A DNA stretch of 34,759 bases from Candidatus Jordarchaeia archaeon. Lineage in GTDB: Archaea; Asgardarchaeota; Jordiarchaeia; Jordiarchaeales; Jordiarchaeaceae. Positions 27,129-34,759 of this stretch are shown piece by piece. The DNA lies in the NCBI GenBank assembly GCA_029856435.1, contig JAHQXB010000163.1, forward strand, positions 1-34,759. Direction: 5' to 3'. The notes under the pieces are model-generated. The model was given only the letters and a program-made list of their open reading frames with translations, was not told the DNA's origin and ran no database searches. Position numbers and translations under genes: made by a program. The stretch's first letter is position 1. Each line of letters starts with the position of its first letter.

Positions 27129-29033
27129 TTAGCTTTTCTCCTCATCCACAACCTTGAAGTCTGCGTCAACCACCTTTTCCTTTTTTCCTCCTGCGCTAGA
27201 GCTTCCCGCAGCTCCTGCGCCTGCTGCTCCTGCCTGACTTGCTTGAGCCTGCCTTGCCTGTTCCTGAGCCACCCTCTGATAAACAGTTGTGCTCACTTCT
27301 TGTAAGACGTTCTTTAGGTTTTCAATCTTGCTTTTTATTGGCTCTATTTCTTTCTTGCCCAGTGCTTCTTGAAGCTCTTTTACCGCCTTTTCTAGTCGTT
27401 CTTTTTGATCTGAGCTGATTTTGTCGCCCAAATCCTTTATGGTTTTGTTCGTGGTGTATATTAGGGAGTCAGCCTCGTTTCTGGTCTCCGCTTCTTCCTT
27501 CTTCTTGCGGTCCTGTTCGGCGAACTGTTCAGCTTCCCTTATCATGCGTTCCTTCTCCGCTTCTGAGAGTTTGGTTGTGGCTGTTATGGTTATCTTCTGC
27601 TCGTTCCCCGTAGCCAAGTCCTTAGCAGACACATTTAGTATTCCGTTCGCGTCTATGTCAAATGTAACCTCGATTTGAGGCACTCCCCTAGGTGCAGGTG
27701 GGATACCTGTAAGGTTAAACATTCCTAGGGAAACATTATCCGCAGCCATAGGGCGTTCTCCCTGAACGACGTGGATGGTTACTGTGGTTTGGAAGTCAGA
27801 AGCAGTTGTGAATATTTGACTTCTCCTAGTAGGAATAGTGGTGTTTCTCTCAATTATTTTTGCTACTACTCCTCCCAGTGTTTCTACTCCTAGAGAGAGA
27901 GGAGTTACGTCTAGTAGTAGAATGTCAGTTACTTCTCCTGCTAGAACTGCGCCCTGTATAGCGGCGCCCATAGCTACGCACTCCATCGGGTCTACTCCTC
28001 TTTCCGCGGGCTTGCCCATAAAGTCCTCCACAAACTTGCGCACTATGGGCATTCTGGTTGGTCCACCCACTAGAATTATTTTGTCTATGTCCTTTGGAGT
28101 GAGTTTAGCATCGGAAAGAGCTTGCCTCATGGGTTCACGGCAACGTTCAATAATTGGAGCAACTAGTTCCTCTAATTTGGCTCTTGTGAGGGTCATGTTT
28201 AGATTCTTTGGGCCGCTGGCGTCTGAGGTTATGAATGGAAGGTTTATGTTTGTTGTCAACATGGTTGAAAGTTCTATCTTCGCCGTTTCTGCGGCTTCCC
28301 TTATTCTCTGCATAGCTGTCTTGTCTCTTCGTAAATCGATTCCCGTACTCTTCTTGAACTCCTCAACTATGTAGTCGACAATTGCGTTGTCCATGTCTGT
28401 ACCGCCAAGCTGTGTGTTGCCGCTGGTGGATTTTACTTCGAAAACGCCGCCGCCAAACTCCATTATGGTAACATCAAGGGTTCCTCCGCCAAAGTCAAAG
28501 ACCATGATTTTCATTTCTTTTTCGGCCTTGTCTAAACCATAAGCCAGAGCAGCTGCTGTTGGTTCATTTATGATTCTCACAACTTCTAGGCCAGCGATGG
28601 TCCCAGCGTCTTTAGTTGCCTGTCTCTGGTTATCGTTAAAGTAGGCGGGAACTGTAATCACTGCCTTGTTAATCTTTTCTCCCAGAAAGGTTTCGGCGTC
28701 TCTCTTTATCTTCTGGAGTATAAATGCGGATATTTGTTGGGGAGTGTACTCCTTGCCTCTGATTTTAACCTTGTAGTCGGTGCCCATTTTTCTCTTAATA
28801 GCCATCACTGTTCCCTCAGGATTTGTGATCGCTTGTCGTCTCGCCGGTTCACCCACTAGGAGGGTGCCGTCCTCAGTAAATGCCACAACTGAGGGAAAAG
28901 CTTTACCATAAAGTGTAGTACCCTCAGCACTGGGAATTATCACGGGCCGTCCAGCTTCCATGACGGCAGCCGCAGAGTTGCTAGTACCCAAGTCTATACC
29001 AATAATTTTTTCCTTTTTACTCTCCTTAGACAT
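27129..29033 (-). CDS. dnaK: Chaperone DnaK (short archaeal/Gram-positive type)
   Basis: [49 protein letters not shown] at 29033 after GGAGG. Confidence 0.98.
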   Translation of the reverse strand: MSKESKKEKIIGIDLGTSNSAAAVMEAGRPVIIPSAEGTTLYGKAFPSVVAFTEDGTLLVGEPARRQAITNPEGTVMAIKRKMGTDYKVKIRGKEYTPQQISAFILQKIKRDAETFLGEKINKAVITVPAYFNDNQRQATKDAGTIAGLEVVRIINEPTAAALAYGLDKAEKEMKIMVFDFGGGTLDVTIMEFGGGVFEVKSTSGNTQLGGTDMDNAIVDYIVEEFKKSTGIDLRRDKTAMQRIREAAETAKIELSTMLTTNINLPFITSDASGPKNLNMTLTRAKLEELVAPIIERCREPMRQALSDAKLTPKDIDKIILVGGPTRMPIVRKFVEDFMGKPAERGVDPMECVAMGAAIQGAVLAGEVTDILLLDVTPLSLGVETLGGVVAKIIERNTTIPTRRSQIFTTASDFQTTVTIHVVQGERPMAADNVSLGMFNLTGIPPAPRGVPQIEVTFDIDANGILNVSAKDLATGNEQKITITATTKLSEAEKERMIREAEQFAEQDRKKKEEAETRNEADSLIYTTNKTIKDLGDKISSDQKERLEKAVKELQEALGKKEIEPIKSKIENLKNVLQEVSTTVYQRVAQEQARQAQASQAGAAGAGAAGSSSAGGKKEKVVDADFKVVDEEKS

Positions 29034-29061
29034 TTTTTTGCGCCTCCATTTATTTATAAGA

Positions 29062-29667
29062 TTAGCATGAACCTCCAATGGGTTTTTTGGCAACTACAAC
29101 GGTGCTTGGTCTAACGACCTTACCATTGAGCATGAAACCCTTCCTAGTTTCCTCAATAACGGTGTTGTTAGGGTGCTCCTCTGTTTGAACTACAAGTGCA
29201 GCTTCATGAAGCTCGGGGTTGAAGGGTTTGCCCAAAGCTTGAATCTCGCTCAGCCCCTCTTCGCACAATAGTTTTTGTAATTTGTTATAAACCATTTCCA
29301 CCCCTTCCACCAAAATGTCTTTCCTTTCAGCCTCTTTCCCATTCTTGATTGCTAATTCAAGTTCGTCCAGTATGACTAGAAGTCTGGTGATCAATCTTGC
29401 TTTTTCCCGGCTTGCTATTTCTTCCTTCTCTCTTTCCACTCTTTTCCTATAATTTTCAAAATCCGCCTGCAAATACTTTAACCTGTTTAGGTACTCATCT
29501 GTTTTTTTCTTCTCCGCCTCTAGTGATTTTGAAAATTCTTCTGCCCTTTTTTTCTCCTCCTCTAAGCATTTCTCCAGTTCTTCTACATTTTTGGATTCTT
29601 CTTGGCCTTTCTTCATAGTATTCTTGTCTTTGTTTCCCCCGTGTTCCTCTTTTTTAGAACTTTCCAT
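29062..29667 (-). CDS. grpE: Nucleotide exchange factor GrpE
   Basis: [36 protein letters not shown]. Confidence 0.95.
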   Translation of the reverse strand: MESSKKEEHGGNKDKNTMKKGQEESKNVEELEKCLEEEKKRAEEFSKSLEAEKKKTDEYLNRLKYLQADFENYRKRVEREKEEIASREKARLITRLLVILDELELAIKNGKEAERKDILVEGVEMVYNKLQKLLCEEGLSEIQALGKPFNPELHEAALVVQTEEHPNNTVIEETRKGFMLNGKVVRPSTVVVAKKPIGGSC

Positions 29668-29760
29668 AAAATTTCACCACCAGTTTCCAGATTATTACAG
29701 TTTTTTGCAGTGTCGGATGCTTCAAAATTTGAGATGTTCTATTAATCACCGAATTGGGTT

Positions 29761-30462
29761 TTATTTAGATTTGTCAACCTTCACCTCTATGCTCTTAAGG
29801 CCTCGTTCTATGAGTTTTTTTATGACTTCTCTGACTTTGTTCTCTCTCATGTCTAGCTGTTCAGATATTGCTTCGCAACTGGTTGTTTTCTGATCCAGAA
29901 TTCTGTACATTACTCTCCGTTCCGGCTGCGGAAGGTCACTCATCAGGAGACCCGCTTCTTTCATAGCCATGTTTCTGATTAGGAGCATACCAGCGCGTTT
30001 TTCTTCGAGAGAGTTGATTTCATCTTCAATTTCTGAAATTAGAATATTTAAACCATCCAGCTTTTCACCCTTCTCTTTCAGAGCTCTTATTTCCTCGAGC
30101 CTTTTTTTAAATTTTTCCAACCCCAAATCACTATAGGCCAATTCTTGAGAGTTATCCAAACACCTCAGTGACTCAAGGTAAAGGTTGGGGCCAAAATCTA
30201 TCCTTAAAGAATAGAATTTTTTGATGGAGTACTGCTTCCTTTTGGGACCGGAAGGGCTCTCCCTCTCTACGCTCTCAATTATTCCTCCCATCTCCATGTT
30301 TTTGAGGTGCTTGTTCACATTCTGCTGTCCTAATCTCAGCTCCTTGGATAGCTGTAAAGCGTAAGTAGGCTCCTCGCTAAGCTTGCGAATAATCTTCCTT
30401 TTAATAGGATTATCAAGAACTGACATTACAGTCTCTAACTCTTCTTGGTTGCAGTTTTCCAT
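29761..30462 (-). CDS. ArsR-type winged-HTH regulator, Phr/HSR1 (COG1777)-like heat-shock regulator
   Basis: VLDNPIKRKII..L...P....QLSKEL..GQQ.V.KHL..ME..GIIES...GPKRKQY resembles the Pyrococcus Phr N-terminus as recalled; coiled coil and a second HTH-like C-terminus; first gene of the grpE-dnaK-dnaJ run. Confidence 0.75.
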   Translation of the reverse strand: MENCNQEELETVMSVLDNPIKRKIIRKLSEEPTYALQLSKELRLGQQNVNKHLKNMEMGGIIESVERESPSGPKRKQYSIKKFYSLRIDFGPNLYLESLRCLDNSQELAYSDLGLEKFKKRLEEIRALKEKGEKLDGLNILISEIEDEINSLEEKRAGMLLIRNMAMKEAGLLMSDLPQPERRVMYRILDQKTTSCEAISEQLDMRENKVREVIKKLIERGLKSIEVKVDKSK

Positions 30463-30584
30463 ATATCCCACCACGCTCCGGGCATACTTTATTTAATCCG
30501 GATAATGATTACGAAACTTTATTGGGGCTGATTATTTTTAATTCGGAATGTTTCTTGCGTGTATCCTAACATATTAAATTTAGG

Positions 30585-30622
30585 TATACAACTTGAATAA
30601 TTATACAAATTCAAGTTGTATA
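30585..30622. promoter_or_regulatory. Perfect 14-bp inverted repeat, candidate heat-shock operator
   Basis: TATACAACTTGAAT-N10-ATTCAAGTTGTATA, directly downstream (minus strand) of a TTTAAATTTTTATA TATA-like run at ~30629-30643. Confidence 0.7.
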
Positions 30623-30976
30623 GTTAAAGTATAAAAATTTAAACATTTCGGTCAACAAACAACTATCACCAGAAACTCAGATTCGCCTTCCCTCGCAAAG
30701 AATTGCTTATAAAAGGCTCTTCTCTCAGTTAAGCCCAAAAAAGAAAAAAGGAGAAGCGAACCGCAATGTTAAGGAAGTTGGATATAGACTATCCATTTAA
30801 TTTTTTCCTTTTCGCTTTCAGGGAACATGGTTTTTTCCGCCTTTTTTGGGAAAAGAAGCCTTAAATAACCCCCCGGGTTAGGGAGAGGTTTAGGAAAAAA
30901 ATTAGTGAGAAAATCTATAGTTCTTTGTTCTCCAGCAATGCAAAAATATAAGCGCAAAAATACCGAGTATTCCTTT

Positions 30977-31717
30977 TTATAAAGTTTCTGCCTTCCTCCA
31001 GAAGTAGGAGTGGAGGTCTGTTAACCATTTGTAGGAGACCTGATCGATGCAGCCTATCATATAGGACATATCTATGTTTCCCTCGACTGAGGGGAAACAA
31101 ATTCCACCCGCTTGGTCGAGCACTCCTATAACAAGGTCTACTTTTTCCAAGAATCTTGTGAAGTGACTGCCATATTGCTCAAGTTTTTTGAACTGTTGTG
31201 TCTCAATAATGGATTTGGGGAGAATGATTCTTATGTCAACACTCCTTCCTGTGAGTCTTTCCAGCACCGGAAATACTCGGTGAAAAATCTGTCTGGACAG
31301 AGTCCACAGTCTAGATTGGGTTTCTTCCATATATTTCTCTTGGATGTTAATAATTCTATAGACACCCTCCACCATCACTGAATCTTTTAATTCTCCTAGT
31401 CTATGGATGAATTCGGGGGGAATAGCTGTTAAATTGTGACTCACAAAGTACTCCCTATGCTTCGTTAAGAAATTGAATACGTCCAGTGATTGTAGTATCA
31501 GTTTACCATAGGGCGTTACTTCATAGAAGCCCTCAGAGGTTTTGTTAACAATTTCCTGAGACACCAACCTGTTAAGTTGCCTAGAAACCTCGGGAGTTGT
31601 GATATCCACCTCCCTTGAAATGTCAGATAGCCTCCTAGGCTTCTCATTAATAAGCATCAGTAAAGATAACCTCTCCACAGAAGCCAATTCAAACAATAAC
31701 TTAACAATCTCCTGCAA
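30977..31717 (-). CDS. Archaeal winged-HTH transcriptional regulator (COG4742/DUF1724-like)
   Basis: LLFELASVERL..L...P..LSDI...EVSRQL.RL, YEVTPYG, YFVSHNLTAIPPEF..RLGEL. TTG start at 31717 inferred. Confidence 0.7.
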   Translation of the reverse strand: MQEIVKLLFELASVERLSLLMLINEKPRRLSDISREVDITTPEVSRQLNRLVSQEIVNKTSEGFYEVTPYGKLILQSLDVFNFLTKHREYFVSHNLTAIPPEFIHRLGELKDSVMVEGVYRIINIQEKYMEETQSRLWTLSRQIFHRVFPVLERLTGRSVDIRIILPKSIIETQQFKKLEQYGSHFTRFLEKVDLVIGVLDQAGGICFPSVEGNIDMSYMIGCIDQVSYKWLTDLHSYFWRKAETL

Positions 31718-31926
31718 CCAAAAATCAACTCCGCCAGAACCCAATTCCAAATATTTAAACCGATGCTTAAGAATTAGTACTGATAATAAAAAGGTAGTAA
31801 ACAAGTACTATAAATTGTTTCCTATCTGAAAATTCCAAAATACACCAAGAAGAATTTTTACACCCTCATAATGCTTTAAAAATTGATTAAATGTTTTTTA
31901 AGACAATAAAAAAAGAAAGTGGAGAG

Positions 31927-32712
31927 TTATTTCCCGAAGAATTTGGGTTGCCTCTTTTCTAGGAAGGCTGAGGTGCCTTCCACCATATCTTGAGTTCCAA
32001 AAAGGATTCCAAACACTCCAGATTCTAGAACCAATCCCACGTCTAGTGGAACTTGGGTTCCAAAGTTGCAGGCGTACTTAGCCATTTTGAGGGCTACTGG
32101 TGGGCCTTCAGCTAATCTGTTGACAAATTTTTGTACTTCTTCCTGGAATTTATCCGCGGGAACCACCTTGTTTACCAGACCTATGCGGTATGCTTCTTCC
32201 GCCGAGATACGATCGCCCAGCATGCAGAGTTCCTTGGCTCGTCCCAGACCTATGAGTCTGGAAAGTCTTTGGGTTCCTCCTGCACCGGGAATCAAGCCCA
32301 GCCTTATTTCAGGCTGCCCAAACGCGGACTTATCGGTTGCTATTCTGAAATCGCAGGAAATGGCAAGCTCACACCCTCCACCTAGAGCAAAACCATTGAT
32401 TGCCGCAACAATGGGCTTGGGAAACTTCTCCATCTTCTCGGTAACTTCAACTATTTTTCTTATAATATGAAACATGGTGTGGGGACTTTTCCCTTGGAAC
32501 ATGGTTATGTCTGCTCCAGCACAGAAAGCCCTATCTCCTGCACCTGTTAAGACTAGTACTCTAATTTCCTCATCGTTCCAAAGTTTGTCCAACACATCGC
32601 CCAATTCCTCTATCAGAGTTAGGGATATGGCATTAAGCTTATCTGGTCTATTAAAAGTCACCCACGCAACAGGAGGCTTTCTCTCAAAAATTATGTCCTT
32701 ATAACTGCCCAT
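31927..32712 (-). CDS. Enoyl-CoA hydratase/isomerase (crotonase family)
   Basis: NRPDKLNA, AFCAGADI, GFALGGGCELA (Glu), FGQPEIRLGLIPGAGGTQRL (Glu). Confidence 0.93.
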   Translation of the reverse strand: MGSYKDIIFERKPPVAWVTFNRPDKLNAISLTLIEELGDVLDKLWNDEEIRVLVLTGAGDRAFCAGADITMFQGKSPHTMFHIIRKIVEVTEKMEKFPKPIVAAINGFALGGGCELAISCDFRIATDKSAFGQPEIRLGLIPGAGGTQRLSRLIGLGRAKELCMLGDRISAEEAYRIGLVNKVVPADKFQEEVQKFVNRLAEGPPVALKMAKYACNFGTQVPLDVGLVLESGVFGILFGTQDMVEGTSAFLEKRQPKFFGK

Positions 32713-32752
32713 TACAAATCATCTCCGTTAAATCAAATTAAATTTATTATAA

Positions 32753-34529
32753 CCCATTTTTCGCAGATTTAACTTTTATATTTTTGTGCTGCTTATTTTA
32801 CTGGAATTATATGAAACTGCTGAGCGTCAAAAGCAAGGGCGTGAACCAGCTTACAGTCATCGTGCCAATAATGAGGAAGCTTAACATAGCTGGAGAAGTT
32901 AACAGACGCTGCGGAGCAAGCCCCACCAACCAGTCCAGGACCAGCCACGGAAGCACCGTTGAAGCCCTCAATAGCCAACCGCCTAACCAGCCCCACCATG
33001 TACCGCGTCAGCACCTGGGCTGAAGACCTAGCAGTCGAAGAAACACTGGAAATCCCCCAGAATTCCTCAACGACGACGACAGAAATAGCCCGAACCCTAG
33101 ACACCCTAAACCCCACATACAGGAAATAGAGGCCACCATCGCCGCGAACGCCATCAACCGAGTTCAAGGTGAGCAAAGCTCGTACACTGGGACACAACCA
33201 TCCTCCTCTTCCAAGGAGAATACAAGGAGAGCGAAATCGTCAAGTTCGGCTACAGCAGAGACCACAGACCAGACAAGAAGCAGATCGCAACTAGTCTTGA
33301 TGTAACACATGAGGACGCCCCCTCATACACGAAATCCACCCCCGGAAACACGCCCGACCAGAAAACCGTGGAATCAAACATGGGAGCCCTCCAAGCCCGC
33401 CTCAAGGAGTCAATCTTCATAGTAGTGGGGAACCGAAAGATGCTTGAGGGGAAAAACCTCAAGGCGATGGTAAAACGGTGCCAGTTCGTGGAGGCCCTCA
33501 AACTCAACAATGGACTAAAAGATATGATGGTATACATTCCCTAGAAGGACTACAAGAAACTCAACTGCCGGGGCAGAAACGGAGCCAAGTTCTTTGCTGC
33601 TGAGAGAACCCCTAAGGAGCTGAAAGTGAGGGTGATCATCATCTGGAACCAGGACAAGGCTCCCAAGACGCCAAAAACCGGAAGAAGAAACTGGGAAGGA
33701 TGTTCAAAGCCCTCAAAAAGGTAAGGGGCAAGCTCAACACCCGCCGCTACAAGAACAAAACTATTCCCAAGAGCAGATAAAAAGGGTGGTGAAGGGGGGA
33801 ATACAAGAAGTGTATACGCTGGGAGCCCTCCGGAGAGGAGGGGAAAACCCACCTACACTACACCATAAATTGGGAGGAGCTTGCAAGGATTAAGGCGTTT
33901 TAGGAGAAATATGTTTTGGCGACAAACAGGGAGGAAGTACTCTAGGGTGTGTGCCACATGCCTATAAGAGCCACCACGAAGTTGAGAACGCCTTCAAAAA
34001 CCTGAAGTAGCGCACAAAGGTTCACCCCATCTTCCTCCACAAGGATACGCGTGTCACATCCTTGGTCTTCATCATGGTACTGGCCCCCATGGTCTACTCT
34101 CTCCTTCAGACGCTGTGTAGGAGGCAGGGAGTGCAGATAACTACCCACCCCCTCTTCTGGCTCTTCAGAAGGGTGAACCTTCTCCACCTTTCCCTTGCAA
34201 GGCGGAGAGCTGTGGCTGCTTGAGGATCCGCCGCCTTCCCTCAAGCTCGTACTGGACCAGCTTGGGCTTCTCCACCTCGAACAGTACATCTCAGTGCCTA
34301 TGCCCATCAATCCCAGTCGAGAATAGGAAGAGGGTGAGCATGCCTGTTGGTGCTAAAACCGTTTCGATGGAAGCTCTCAAGGAAGAAGCAGGCATATAGC
34401 GCGGAAAAGTGGGGCCTTGGAACTAAAAGCGGGGAAAGAATGTTTCAAGGTGTTTGGAGGACACAAAACGGATGTAAAGGGCCTACATCCTCCAGACAAA
34501 ATAAAAAATTCAAATCTGCGAAAAATGGG
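32753..34529 (+). mobile_element. IS1634-family insertion sequence, decayed (1777 bp)
   Basis: Perfect 18-bp TIRs CCCATTTTTCGCAGATTT (32753-32770) / AAATCTGCGAAAAATGGG (34512-34529). Flanks TTATAA (32747-32752) and TGATAA (34530-34535) form a 6-bp TSD with one mismatch. Internal A/C-rich composition differs from the host. Confidence 0.88.
32811..34326 (+). pseudogene. IS1634-family DDE transposase pseudogene
   Basis: Fragments across frames: MKLLSVKSKG..., HWDTT.LLFQGEY, FGYSRDHRPDKKQI, PGNTPD, VVGNRKM, KYVLATN, YKSHHEVENAFKNLK*, PIFLHK..RV..LVFIMVLA. Multiple frameshifts and stops. Confidence 0.88.
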
Positions 34530-34713
34530 TGATAATACCTCTCGGTTTTTCTTTTTTTCCGTCAAAACCTAAATAAAATTAAAAATTCTAGGAACGTAGG
34601 CTTCTTTGTTCCTTTTTGAAATTCGTCCTAAATATACTGTTGAGAATAAAGTTTAAAGGGTGGCAAATGGAGTTAAAACACAATTTTTGAATATGTTTTA
34701 GGAATTGATTTTC

Positions 34714-34759
34714 ATGATGGATTATGATTTTGACGCGGTAATTGTAGGTGCCGGTATAG
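34714..34759 (+). CDS. N-terminus of an FAD-dependent oxidoreductase, running off the window
   Basis: In-frame ...DFDAVIVGAGI at the window edge is a Rossmann GxG start; only 15 codons are visible. Confidence 0.6.
   Translation, partial: MMDYDFDAVIVGAGI

Noticed and set aside
1601-32704. Numerous 60-180 aa ORFs overlapping the called genes (e.g. 1601-2005, 14456-14812, 21205-21639, 26491-26895, 27838-28374, 32066-32470)
   Set aside because: Shadow frames of well-supported genes, with no motifs or RBS.
32784-34565. ORF-track entries 32793-33197, 33250-33537, 33550-33852, 33942-34310, 34347-34532 and 34377-34565
   Set aside because: Antisense or incidental frames over the plus-strand transposase pseudogene and the element end.
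1-34759. CRISPR array, rRNA or complete tRNA
   Set aside because: No regularly spaced repeats or recognisable RNA-gene consensus were seen by eye; tRNAscan-SE or Infernal would be needed to exclude them fully.

Overview
This is a 34.8 kb, ~40-45% GC window from an archaeon. Support: GGAGG/GGTGA RBSs, many TTG/GTG starts, a Sulfolobus-type 2-oxoacid:ferredoxin oxidoreductase, a zinc-type ferredoxin and a Phr/HSR1-like regulator. An anaerobic, probably thermophilic lifestyle is inferred; the taxon cannot be fixed from the sequence. Left to right: the 3' end of a degenerate IS200/IS605 tnpB; a DHH phosphoesterase; an MgtE-type transporter; a disulfide-reductase / glutaredoxin / FTR-rubredoxin operon; a DUF2769-like protein; wrbA; a SAM-methyltransferase + D-Ala-D-Ala-ligase-like fusion; a 46-aa Cys-rich microprotein ending in GG; OFOR alpha/beta; Zn-ferredoxin; an MBL-rhodanese; a sulfurtransferase; a rubrerythrin pseudogene; a glycyl radical enzyme with an atypical GCVY thiyl loop plus its activase; a HAD hydrolase; a phytoene-desaturase-family flavoprotein; an MFS transporter; a Phr-like regulator-grpE-dnaK-dnaJ operon with a perfect 14-bp palindrome at its promoter; a wHTH regulator; a crotonase; a decayed IS1634 with intact 18-bp TIRs and a near-perfect 6-bp TSD; and the start of an FAD oxidoreductase. 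Several long intergenic regions contain candidate structured elements. No rRNA, complete tRNA or CRISPR array was seen. The best leads are the unusual GRE, the GG-tailed Cys-rich microprotein, the methyltransferase/ATP-grasp fusion, the dual-input thiol-redox operon, the heat-shock operator and a kissing-loop RNA candidate. All family assignments come from motif recognition by eye, not database searches.
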